A program made the position numbers and the translations under genes. A stretch of DNA of 64,000 bases from Daphnia carinata (lineage: Eukaryota), in contig NC_081331.1 of assembly GCF_022539665.2 (NCBI RefSeq), positions 1 through 64,000 on the forward strand. The letters run 5' to 3'. This document shows, in pieces, positions 14,909 to 26,728 of this stretch. The notes below the pieces were generated by a model. The model was not told the origin of the DNA, made no database searches, and saw only the letters and a program-made list of their open reading frames with translations. Position 1 is the first letter of the stretch. The number at the start of each line of letters is the position of its first letter.

Positions 14909-15124
14909 CGTCGCGCCAGCAGGTACCGTCGCGCCAGCAGGTACCGTCGCGCCAGCAGGTACCGTCGCGCCAGCAGGTACCGTCGCGCCAGCAGGTACCG
15001 TCGCGCCAGCAGGTACCGTCGCGCCAGCAGGTACCGTCGCGCCAGCAGGTACCGTCGCGCCAGCAGGTACCGTCGCGCCAGCAGGTACCGTCGCGCCAGC
15101 AGGTACCGTCGCGCCAGCAGGTAC
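14909..15124. repeat. GC-rich 18-bp minisatellite (cgtcgcgccagcaggtac) x12, perfect
   Basis: 216 bp equals 12 identical units. Confidence 0.97.
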
Positions 15125-17859
15125 GCTAGAAATATTGGGCCCGACAAAACGACAAACCCGACTTTTACATAAAAAATTAATATCAATAAAACTAGATAAC
15201 TATACATGATTTAGATGCTAAATTTAACAAGAATCACGAATATGAAATTTGTTTTCATGTAGATTTCATGGTTATTGAGTTAATTCAAATATAAAGGTAG
15301 GTACGATAGAAATTTAAGGCCCGATTCCAGACGTCTACTTAAAAATTAAATATCAATAAATATAGGTTATTATATATGATTTAGATTCAAAATTTAACAA
15401 GATTCACGATAATGAAATTTGTTGTTCACCATGTTAAAACCATTAGATAAATAACGGTTAGGCAACGCAGCCTCACTAATAGTTCCCGCCAATTTTTACT
15501 GCTATGCTAAACTTCAGACAAAGTCCGGCAGCGAAGGTGTACAGTCACTTATCTTAAACATCTGAACTTCTAGAAAATGCTCTTGAGCAATGTTGTAAGC
15601 ATAATTTTCATTTCCCCTTTATTAACTTGTTTTGCATAGTGGTATAAATTACAATCTTTATCTCATGTTTTTTTTTAGAAGTTTTGTTTTGGTTTACTGC
15701 TGTTCCTGGATGGACAATGAATGATAGAAACAACAACATAGTAAGCTGGCAACTCATTTGGCATGATACAATTAACAGCTTTTCAATTCCAAACAAAAAG
15801 GAGTCATGGTAATTGTATTTTTTTTGTATACATATCTGTATAAACTATCCCTTATCTAGATTACTCAAGTGACATGACACTATATGACTGGTATTGGAGT
15901 AGATATTGCTGGTCGAATGCAGAATATCTCAAAAAGGTGTCAAATCAGGCTTCATCTCTGCTCAGTGACATGGACGATGAAGAATACATTGTTGGGAATA
16001 TTCTCAGTCTGAGGTTAGTTTGGAAATTTATCTAACTTTAAAATGTTAATATGAATTGACCGTCTTGTGACTATAACTGAATCTGAAATATATTAGGAAA
16101 ATGATGGTTAAGGTTGGTATTTGCTGACATGGATTGACGTTCTAAACAGTGACAATTCTTTTGAGCCTAAGAAAATCTTTGTTGTAATAATTTGATTGCA
16201 GCATTCGCAAGTCAATTTCTACCGTTGAATGAAAATCCTGAAGACAAGCTAAGCCAAGAGAAGAAAATTGTGAAGAAAGACTAACTAAAGCACAGGTTTG
16301 TTTCAAATTCTTAACTAGACACAATGAACATCAATATGGTCAATAAATCTATAGTTTTCTACATGTCATTATGGATGCCCAGTCTTAAAACAGGATTTGA
16401 TCGAAATGTGGAGGTGGAGACAATTGTTTGAGTGAGCGATGATGGTGAAGAAACTATGTAGGTAACCATTTTGTTTTGTTAAAAACTTAACCCTATCATT
16501 TTCAAGTGAGATTTTATTTCGTGTTTAGATAGTTGTAGGGATGTGTAAGGAATGGTGATTGTAGGGCAGGAGAGTCATTCTTTTATACAATCCCGTTACA
16601 TTTTATTTTAAATAGTCTTTTTAACCGCTGAATATAGCTGGGGACATGAAATATTAGAATTGTAGTGACAGGAAATTTTGCATGCTATGTCTAGTTTTAT
16701 TTATATTCTACATATTCATTTTTTTATTTAGTTGTAATATGATAAGTAATTATTATGTTTTATTACAGGCTGACCAGAATTACAAACACATTGTCGCAGC
16801 AGTTTTCAGCTATCATTGTTTTTCAGTGCATAGAATAATTTTGCTTAGCAAAACAGGACTTTGGTAGCACAGGTATTTAAATTCTTAACTAGGAACAATG
16901 AACATCAAAGATCAGTAAATTTATAGTTTTCTACATGTTATTATAGATGTCCAGTCTTCCAACAGGATTTGATTAAAATGGAAGTGTGAACCTGTTCATT
17001 TTTATTGTTATAAATTTTATTTGACAGGAAATACTGCACTTTCAATTAATTTCAACGGGAAATATTGCAACGTTATTAGCTGGTAGGACAATGATTCTGT
17101 TTGTGTACATAAATAATCACGACTAAATTATTTTGGGGTAACTATAATTTAATTATTTATCTGTATAAATTTTATTAATCTATAAATATTTATTTGTTTG
17201 CAAGTGCCTAAAACAAATGAAGAACCTCGGACATTCACAACAAAGGAAAAGGGGGGGGGGAGAAGAAAAAGAATCCAGAAGCTCAGTAGCTCGTTCACCG
17301 GCACGCGATGCACTAGTGTAGATTTGTTGCTGGCACTCCTCGTATAGTGATTCCTAGAACTTTCGCACGTGCTCTTAGCTTTCACAAATTGTAGATTCAT
17401 CAATTACGCACTGCATCTGCACCTGGGTTAGCCTCTGCACTGGTTTTGTTTAGTTGGGTATTATGATAAGTCTAGATGAAATAGTTTAAACATAGATTAA
17501 ATTATGGATAAGTAGGTATAAAGCTAAGTTAAGAGTAAGGCTATTGTAAGTAAGGCGTAAGCATAGTCCACCTCAATTCATTACCTTTGCACAACACTAT
17601 CACAGCCATTTTCTTTCACTGTTTTATGCAATTGTGTACCGTAGTTGTTGTTCACAAACTTTTTCACACAATTTAAACATGAACCGCCAATCCAAACAAC
17701 CTCCTGATCATTAACTAACGATTAATAACCAATTTCTTTTTGCAGGAAACTTTTATGCAATGTAAATGTATTTTGTGTACACGATTCTGTTAGAATTAAG
17801 ATGACACTTATTGTTGATCAAATATTCAAAAAAAAAATTTTTTTTTCTCTTTTGTACAA

Positions 17860-19470
17860 TCAGGAGTGCAATTTCTGGGGCCGAAGAGGACATAGGGCAA
17901 CGATGATCGCCCCGCAGCCACTGGAATCGCCCAAGATTCCGAGGTATACATAACGAAAAATTTAGTATCTTAACTATATAATTTTTTTCAATCTTGAGAA
18001 TCTAGGAGGGTCACTTCACCACCGAAGGGGGACGTTAGGCAACGAAGGTCGCAGCCAGAATTCTAGCCCAAAATTTCAAGGTATTAAAAAATTTTAAGTG
18101 TTTTTACCATGTTCTATTTATTTACGTGTTTAGGAGGGTTGGCAACACCACCGACGAGGATAACAGGACGTCGGAGATCGTCGCTGAAGTAGCCAAGAAT
18201 TGCCAGGTATTGCTTTAACAATCTTAAGTGTCTAATCGTTATTTTTTACGTATTTTAGGGTGGTCAACATCACCGAAGAAGGTCACCGGACAACGAGGTT
18301 CGCCGTCGGAGCCACCTTGATCGTCGCCCAAAATTGTCAAGTATTTCATTAAAAGTTTTAAGTTTTGAACTATGGTTTTATTTTGCTGTTATGAATTTAG
18401 GAGGGCTACATCACCATCGAAGAAGATGCGGGACATCGAGGAGCGCCGCTGGAGCAACGAGAATGTCGGCATGGGTATTGAGGTATTTAAAAAAAAAAAA
18501 ACGTTTAAGTGCTAAATCATGTTTTTTTTTTTATGTATGTAAGAGTGCATCACCACCGCCAAAGAGGATGCTGGACGCCGAAGAGGATGCTGGAGCACCG
18601 ACATCGTCTTCATAGATGTTACAGGTATATGTGTTACACGTTTAATTGTCTAACCATGTTTTTTTTTGTATTTTAGAGGGTTGCATCATCGCTAAGGAGA
18701 ACCACTGGACAACGAGGTTCGTCGTCGGAGGCATCATAATTGTCGCCCAAAATTATCAAGTATTTAATTGAAAGTTTTAAGTTTTGAACTATGATTTTAT
18801 TTTGTTTTTATGTTTTTAGAAGGGCCCCGCCACCATTGAAAAGGATGTAGGATGCCGTCGGAGTCACCATGATCGGCGCCCAAAATTGTCATGTATTTAT
18901 TTGTAAATTTTAAGTGTTACACTATGATCTAATTTTGTTTTTATTAATTTAGGAGGGCCCTACCACCATCGAAGAGGATGCTGGGCATCGAGGATCGCCG
19001 CTGGAGCAACGAAATCGTTGCCATGGATATAGCAGGTATATGTTTATACGTTATATTGTCTAATCATTTTTTTTATGTATTTAGAATGGCCTACATCACC
19101 ACTGAAGAGGGCCAAAGGGCAATGAGGTTCGTCGTCGGAGCTACGGTAATTGTTGCCCAAATTTGTCAAGTATTGAATTGAAAGTTTAAAATTTTACGCT
19201 GTTTTTATGTATCTAGGAGGGTCCCACCACCGCCGAAGAAGACGCTGGAGGTTGAAGAGTACCGAGATCGTCGCCACGGATATTCAGGTATATATTTTTT
19301 TTATTTAGTGTCTAACCATAGTTTTTTTTTACGTACCTAGGAGGGCCTCGCCAGAGGGGTACGTACCTAAGAGGACCGTTGGACGCCGTGGATCGTCGTT
19401 CGAGGAAAGAGGGTCGTCGCCCAGCCCCGAGATTCACGCCCATTAGGACGATGGAAATAAAGATGGTACG
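17860..19470 (+). repeat. About 12 diverged ~135-bp modules, each a GC-rich exon-like block (ag|GAGGG..CACCACCGAAGAGGA..|gtat) plus a ~55-60-nt AT-rich intron-like spacer
   Basis: Blocks at e.g. 18006-18080, 18134-18206 and 18953-19035 are flanked by tag and gtat. No continuous ORF was recovered. Confidence 0.75.
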
Positions 19471-20232
19471 GTTGAGTATTGCCAAATTGGCTTTCACTTA
19501 CTTTATTTCGTATGATGATATGTGTGATTAAGAGATGTGTTTCCTTCGTTCCTTGTTTATTCCCATTCTTTTCCCTCAAGCATTATTGCTTATGGTTTCA
19601 CCGTTCACTGAGCATGCAAATTCACTGCACCCCACAGTTCATTCACGGTTTGTTTGCTATTTTGCACCGGGTCGGGATTAGTGTTTTAGGTAATGTAGCC
19701 TAGCTTACATAGGTTTCACGCTAAGTATTTTTTTGGTGCAAATTTACGAACACTAACTGCTTTAGTAAAAAAAGGAAACAAAATGAATTAATGGGCAACT
19801 TATTGTTGTCTTTTTAACATGGATTAATGGATTGAAAAATAAGAATACGAAAACAATTAATCGCTTGTGATCGGGTTGCATACATCGATTGTCAACCCGA
19901 TAAAAACAGGATGGGGAAATAACCTGTTTAACCTGCCCCATAAACAGAAGTGAACAACCCGCTCAGCAAAACCCGACGCGGGGCTGTTAATCTGACCCTA
20001 GTCTTTTCTCCTTAAACTCCCCCTTCCTTTTACCAATTCGATGGTTGGCAACGCTGTTTCACATTGCTGCGCAAGCGCAAATGAAGCTCACCCTTGTAAG
20101 TGCAGAAAGCTTTTAAGTAAACCAAAAATACCGGTATACATCTAAGAATTTCATGTTAACCAAGTTTTATTTGACATTAAAGCCAGCTTTGAAAATTCTA
20201 GAATCTTGAAGACTTGCAATGAAGGCTAAGAT

Positions 20233-21695
20233 ATGGCAAAATCAAACACAACGCACGAATGTCGCATCGTTAAAATCGAACAGGATTAGAGTTCAACATG
20301 GCGACGAGAACACACCAACTTGTAAAGCCAAGACCAGAAGGAAATTTCAACAAAATCCTAGAAATTTCCCTCTTGTTTGAAAAATAGACTAGACCGGTGA
20401 GTTGAATTACTGTATCTTTTTGTATCTTACATGATCGTCTGCTTTGCTTACAGGAATCTGCCACCATTTGAAGGTGTCTTGAAAGAATTGTGTATTTTCT
20501 ATGCTTTAAGTATGATGAGGAGGCACCTGCCAAGGAAATAAAGAACAAAGTGATTAACACGTTCAATGTTGTAACTTCACAGAAGGTGTACATGATTTTG
20601 GGCTTTGGTTGCCGTTAATCTTTTTAACGTTTAACATTTAATTTTAGGTGTCAAAGTCGAATGTGCTGAATATGCTCATATTTTTGCGCAAATGAAAGAG
20701 AAAAGAATGTGAAGTCCTGCAGCTCTGTGCTAAGAACTCTGGGTTCATGGAAAAGTTGGAAAATGTAAGAATAATTATGGTAGATTTTCACTTTAAGTAA
20801 CTGTCATTCTATCCTTGTTGTCCCATATTGGTAAACAGGTCGAGCTCAACTTGGAACAAGGACAGTAAACAAGGACTTTTATTTAGGATATTCAAAGGAG
20901 AATAATGGCCAATTCTTTTGGAAAGGATATGCCTGAATCGTAAATAGAAATTTACGAGTTAATTTTCTGTTGCTCCATGTCACCTATTTAGGGTTAATCA
21001 TTTGGGGGGAGGAGATGTTAGTTAATCATATCTCACTTTTCAGGTAAAGATTGATGTTGACTAACAAGTTATCACATCTTCACATGTGCTAACATTATCT
21101 AGCCTTCTATAACAGAATAGGGGTTAAAGAGAATGGATCTGACAGTTAGCATGATGATGCAACCTACCAACCTTTACCTTTTGCTGAGTTCTTTTGATAG
21201 CAAACAATTCAATCTCATTTATCGGCTTTCTGCAGGCAAAAGTTGTCGACGATATTCCGAAATGCAAGTATAAACGGGGAAGTCTTTACTTAATATTTCT
21301 ATTTTTTTTTTTTTATCTAATCAGTTTCTTTTTCTTTTGGTCTGTCATTGGAGTTTTGCAATTGCCCGTCGTTGCCGAGATAATCAACTGGGGTAAGCTA
21401 TGCCTATAGTACCAACTAGCACTTCGCACGGGACAAGGCTCCACTCAGCAACAGACGTCTTTTCCATACGTTAGTTCAGTAAAACACATATGTAGTAAGG
21501 AGAAACGGATAATTAACTTTTTTGTACAGGTACTGAACAAGGTGAATAACATTGGAATGCTTTCGAAACACGTGTTATTGAGCATAATGTCCTCATCGTG
21601 GCCAAACACTACAGCCTTGTGATGATCAATGGATGGCCGCCCACTATGACTACTTTGTCAACGAAGCAGAAGAATTTCAATCCAATTTAATGTGC
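20233..21695 (+). pseudogene. Rpn5: Non-processed pseudogene of 26S proteasome lid subunit Rpn5/PSMD12
   Basis: Manual translation gives MAKSNTTHECRIVKIEQD*SST..LFEK*TRP, VKVECAEYAHIFAQMKEK, SMEKLE|VELNLEQ, VDDIPKCK, AEIINWGKL and GTEQGE*HWNAFETRVIEHNVLIVAKHY..EAEEFQSNL. These are colinear with recalled PSMD12 motifs (GRIVKMEVDYS, LEKQTR, GSMEK..VEFILEQ, RVVEHNIRIMAKYY). Stops, frameshifts and introns are present. Confidence 0.9.
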
Positions 21696-22727
21696 TGAAG
21701 GACTGACCTACCCTGTAAATTAAAAAAAAAATATGTTATCAAGGATGAACACTTGGTAAATCTGGCTTAACAATTCGAATAAGATTGCACCACATCTGGA
21801 ATTTAGCTTTGTGTAATAGGTTGAACATATCAGCAGCCGTACATTTATTGCAAATATTGTTGGAAATGTTATGTATTGATGTGATTAATGCTTTTTTACA
21901 GATAGGCCAGAATAACAGATTGAACTGGGGATTGGAGTGTGGGAGAATTAAATATATTGCCATGAATTTGAAGAAATGGTTAGTGAAGGAAAGATGAGCT
22001 AACACCAATAGTCTATCAGATTGAGCGTTGGGAAAAGTTAAAGGCTAGGCAATGAAGTATGTTTCAAAAAAATGGCTTGATAGTTCAATAAGGAATTATA
22101 ATGTTGTAGGTCTGGGGAAAAGTATACTGATTTAGTTTTCTTATTTAGATTTACGTGATAGGTTGTATTCATATTCTTTTCCGATTGGGTTTACTTAATA
22201 CACCAGCCCACGGAAAAGATATGATACCCCGCGGAATAAAAATAATATGTAAAAAAACAAAGCAATAATAAGCTTTTCCTCATAAGTCGCAATTCAGAAA
22301 GTGGAGATAGGATTTTGGGTTATTAAAAATGGGTTTATTTTAACCATAAAATTCGTCTTAAAAATATATTGTATTACATAATATTAAACTGAAATGTTGC
22401 AACGTGGTTATTTTAACAAAGGTTTGTGATAAGTTTATCTGGTAATTGCAAATAAATGACTAATTACAACATTATTATTAAGTCAAAAAATATTATTGCA
22501 CTAATCAATATTTACATTAACAATGCTATTACGTTTACATCATGTCATACATGACGTCAAATTTTTGGTTTTTGGACTCGATCCTACAATCTGTAGCGTC
22601 CTATGCCGATACTCTACGTATGGGCCACCATCGACATTAACAATTTGGACGGATCGATTAGCATACAGTGTTAACAAGTGAAATACGAACACACAAATGG
22701 ACCTGCACGAATGTTTTACAATGATAA

Positions 22728-22800
22728 ACATCAATGGCTCAGTGGTAGAGTACTGACTTGGTATTTCATAGGTCCTTGGTTCGAATCCAAGGTAGGTATG
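22728..22800 (+). pseudogene. Degenerate tRNA-like sequence with a Thr-like anticodon loop; mirror copy at ~24345-24420 (-)
   Basis: A box TGGCTCAGTGG and B box GGTTCGAATCC. The mirror copy has a tgac-ttCGTat-gtca arm. The acceptor stem does not pair. Confidence 0.7.
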
Positions 22801-22904
22801 GTTCTAATAATTCGTAATTCGTACCATGTGAAACTGTTGAATTCCACTGTATAGAAAATTATTAAAAATTATTTTCGAGGTTACGTACTTAAGTGTACAA
22901 CCTA

Positions 22905-22975
22905 TCCTACTGGGAGTTGAACTCTCAACCCTTCAGTTACAAAGCTGCTCCTCTACCATTGAGCTACCATTCACA
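22905..22975 (-). pseudogene. Degenerate tRNA-like sequence; mirror copy at ~24170-24240 (+)
   Basis: Minus strand reads TAGCTCAATGGTAGAG..cagcttTGTaactg..GAGTTCAACTC. Confidence 0.6.
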
Positions 22976-23069
22976 CATTTCAATATTATGACTCCGCCAA
23001 TACCCTAAATTAACTATAGCCAAGGTAGCATATGTAAAATGGCACTAAAAATCGAAATATTGTTTACAA

Positions 23070-23142
23070 GCAAGTCATGGCACATCGGTAAAGTGCTTGC
23101 GTCTGAATACATAGTACTGTGGTTCAAATCCCAGACCAACCA
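23070..23142 (+). pseudogene. Degenerate tRNA-like sequence; mirror copy at ~24003-24075 (-)
   Basis: A-box-like TGGCACATCGG and B box GGTTCAAATCC at tRNA-like spacing. Confidence 0.55.
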
Positions 23143-23428
23143 ATGATAATAATTGAAATTCGAATTAAATAATACCATTAAATGGTATCTGCTGCCCTAT
23201 TCAAAGGGAGTTACACGACGGATGTGGTTCAAGTCCCACAGTAAATAAGCGTACCATACCGGCAAATAACCTTCAGCGAAAGAAAAGCCAAGATGAAGCC
23301 AATGGTAATGTGACCCTGACGAAGGCCAAGTCCAGGTGTTTACCAACGAATTGATAACTTTAATAGATAACCACCAACGTGTGACTTGAACTTGAATTTT
23401 TTGAGATATGGGATTCTAAATCCCGAAT

Positions 23429-23668
23429 TCCATATCCCATATCCCGGATCCCATATCCCGGATCCCATATCCCATATCCCATATCCCATATCCCATATCC
23501 CATATCCCATATCCCATATCCCATATCCCATATCCCATATCCCATATCCCATATCCCATATCCCATATCCCATATCCCATATCCCATATCCCATATCCCA
23601 TATCCCATATCCCATATCCCGGATCCCGGATCCCATATCCCATATCCCATATCCCGGATCCCATATCT
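23429..23668. repeat. 7-bp tandem repeat (CCCATAT)n, ~34 units, with CCCGGAT variants near both ends
   Basis: Read directly; it lies in the spacer between the palindrome arms. Confidence 0.96.
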
Positions 23669-25454
23669 CAAGGTCGAATATTCGACCTTCAAAATTTTCA
23701 AGGTCAAATATTCGACCTTCAAAAATTTCTAGGTCAAACACTTGCCCTTCAGCCTCTGAGCTTGTCCTTGACATTTCCTTTGAAGGTTATCAGTTGAGAC
23801 TTTCTCAGTTCTCGAAGGTCATTTACCATCAAGGTTACCGTACCTTTAAGTTATTCTCTACCATGATCTTCCTCTAAATTTCAATTACCGTTCAGGTTGT
23901 TGCTGTGGGAGTTGAACCAAATATCTCATATTACTCACGCTAGAGTAAGGGCAACTGCTACTATTGAATCGAACCATTAATTCCGAATTGCATTACTTTT
24001 TTTGGTTAGTCTGGGATTTGAACCACAGCACTTAGAATTCTGACGCAAGTACTTTACCGTTGTGCCATGACTTGCTTATAGACATCTTTTCGATTTTTAG
24101 AGCATTTTTACGTATGCTAGCTTGGAGGTAGTTAATTTAGTGTCTTGGAATAGTCATTGATGTGTAATGTGTCAATGGTAGCTCTGTGGTAGAGGAGCAG
24201 TGTTGTAACTGAAGGGTTGAGTGTTCAGCTTCAAGTTGGTGGAGATTGTAGTAATAGTTATATTGATTTTGCATTTGATATAATATTTTTCTAGGCAAAT
24301 CGAATACAACAGTTTCAGTGGTATCAATGCACATTTATTTACACCATGCTTACCCTCGGAATCGAACCAAGGACCTTTGACATACGAAGTCAGTACTCTA
24401 CCACTGAGCCATTGATGGTTATCAAAATCATTTGAGCAGCTCTATTTCTGTGATCGTATTTCACTTAGGTTAACACTGTATGCTAATCGATCCGTCCAAT
24501 TTGTAAATGTCGTTGGTGGCCCATATGTAGAGTATCGGCATGGGACGCTATAGGTCGTAGGATCGAGTCCAAAAACCAAATATTTGATGTCATGTAGGAC
24601 ATGTTGTAAATGTAAATAACGTAATAGCATTGTTAATGTAACTACTGATAAGTGCAATAATATTTTTTTACATAATAATAATGTAGTAATTAGTCATTTA
24701 TTGCAATTTGCAGATAAATTTATCACATATATTTTTATAATAACCACGTTACATCATTTCAGTTTAACATTATGTATAAATTACTGTACTTCTTACAATA
24801 TATCTTTCTCACGAATTTTAAGGTTAAAATAATAACCAAAAATCCTATCTCCTCTTTCTGAATAGCGGCTTATCCGAAATAGTTTATTATTCCTTTGTTT
24901 CTTTACGTATTATTTTTATTCCGCGGGGTATCATATCTTTTCCGTGGGCTAGTGTATTAAGTAAACCTAATCGGAAAGGAATATGAAAGAAATATATAAA
25001 GGAATATGAATACAACCTATCACGTCAATCTAAATAAGAAAACTAAATCAGTTTACTTTTCCCCAGAACTACAACATTATAATTCCTTATTGAATTATCA
25101 ATCCGCACATTTTGAAACATACTTCATTGCCTAGCCTTTAACTACGCACTTGTAATGTTTTCACAACACTCAATCTTATAGGCGATTGGTGTTAGATCAT
25201 CTCTCCTTCACTTACCATTTCTTCAAATTCATGGCAATATATCATTCTCCCACATCCCAATGCCCATTTCATTCAATGACTGTTATTCGGGTCTATCTGT
25301 AAAAAAGCATTAATAACATTTATATATAACATTTCCCACAATATTTTGGCAATAATTGTACGTCTACTGATATGTTGAACCTATTACACAAAGCTAAATT
25401 CCAGATGTGATGCAATTTTATTTGCATAGTTAAGGCAGATTTACCAAGTGTTCA

Positions 25455-26728
25455 TCCGCCTCATTCGTGTTCTTGAATAACATCGCGACTCTTTAACATG
25501 CAAAAAGAAGTTACTTGTACGTTTTGCTCTATTATAGATGTGATTTACTGCACTGACCTATATTAATGATATCTTTCGGGAGGAATGTCTATCCCTTCGC
25601 CATACTAGTTGGTACTATTGACATCGTGTCAGCGAAACATCAGCTCGACAACCACCAACAATTGCTGAAGCTCTTTTTCTGTTGGATCATTGTTGTGTTG
25701 TACATGGCTTGATTATGTTAACAAATGTAGAGATATAATACCTGTTCTTGTCAACATCAGGAATCTACACAATGATGAATAAGTCATCAACATTTCCTCT
25801 CCACCTTCCCACGCTCAATAAGACAGATGGAACAATGTTAAAGTATTCCTACATGAAAATATTTCAATTTAAGACTGAGCACATCTTTCTCTAAAAACAA
25901 ATTTGAAACTTATCTTTTTCAAACTGATCTGAGTGCAGATGAAGAAGAAACAATCTCATTCGTTTCAAGATAAGCTCCACCTGTTCACTGGTATTAGAAA
26001 ATGAGAATTGCATGACAGAATTATTTGACATTAAAACCAAAATTAATAATTCTTACATTTTCTAGCTTTTCCACAGAATCATTGGTCTTGAACGGAAGTT
26101 CTTATAGAATGTCTGCAGCTTCAGCAACTTTACCCTATTTCTCTTGCACTATGACAAAGTATGCATCAGCCTCAATCCACTCCAACATAGATCAAAAATA
26201 GAATATTTTATGTAAAAAAGAATAACAAAAACAAAGACCAAATTCATGTGCACCTTTCTAACAGGAACAGTTCTGAGTATCAAATCCAGTAATCACAGAT
26301 TTGTACATTCATATCCACAACTCGTGACAGGGTGGAGGTCTCTCCCATTCGCCACACCAGTTGGTACTATTAGACCCGAAGATTTTAGCTTGCTCCATCG
26401 TTAGTTCTAGCTTAGGATATTTTCATTGCTAAGGTGCCACTGCTTAATTCCAAAACTGATCTGGACAATCGGTTCCAAGATGCACCTTGCTGAAATGGTA
26501 GCTACCTGTGAGCAAAGCATAGGATCAAGTAAGATACAAAACGATACAGAAATTCAACTCACAGGTCTTGTATGTTTTTCAAAATCAAAGAGAATTTCTA
26601 TGATTTCGTTTAAATTCTCTTCTGTGGTCAAGGCTTTACAGGTTGGTGTCCTATCGTCGCCATGTTGAACTATAATCCCCTTTCATTTTAACGATGCGAC
26701 GCTCGTGAGTGGTCTTTGATGCTGCCAT
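25455..26728 (-). pseudogene. Rpn5: Second Rpn5/PSMD12 pseudogene in the right arm
   Basis: Minus strand reads MAASKTTHERRIVKMKGDYSST..EIIEILFDFEKHTRP and ILEPIVQISFGIKQWHLSNENILS*N*RWSKLK (compare PSMD12 [20 protein letters not shown]). The 3' part is more decayed. Confidence 0.87.

Larger units (their letters stand above)
15930..23245 (+). repeat. Left arm of a ~16-kb diverged palindrome
   Basis: Reverse-complement matches to 23.9-32 kb: 15930-16030 with 31890-31997, 19410-19510 with 27450-27550, 22540-22700 with 24450-24605, 22180-22250 with 24900-24975. Confidence 0.93.

Noticed and set aside
14841..15209. ORFs (VAPAGT)n and (LARRYL)n
   Set aside because: By-products of a stop-free 18-bp minisatellite, with no supported gene structure.
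1166..19470. CRISPR array interpretation of the satellites or the module array
   Set aside because: No identical repeats with unique spacers, no cas genes, and a eukaryotic context.
19860..20002. hAT-like transposon end (TAGGGTCAG.. with aacccg motifs)
   Set aside because: No partner TIR or TSD could be identified.
23429..23668. Telomere fusion scar
   Set aside because: The unit is not TTAGG and the array is essentially in one orientation, not head-to-head.
23340..23877. ORFs GYGIWDM and SHIPYPI repeats
   Set aside because: Translations of the 7-bp repeat, which is open in several frames.
22728..24420. Functional tRNA genes
   Set aside because: Acceptor stems do not pair, and the anticodons differ between mirror copies.
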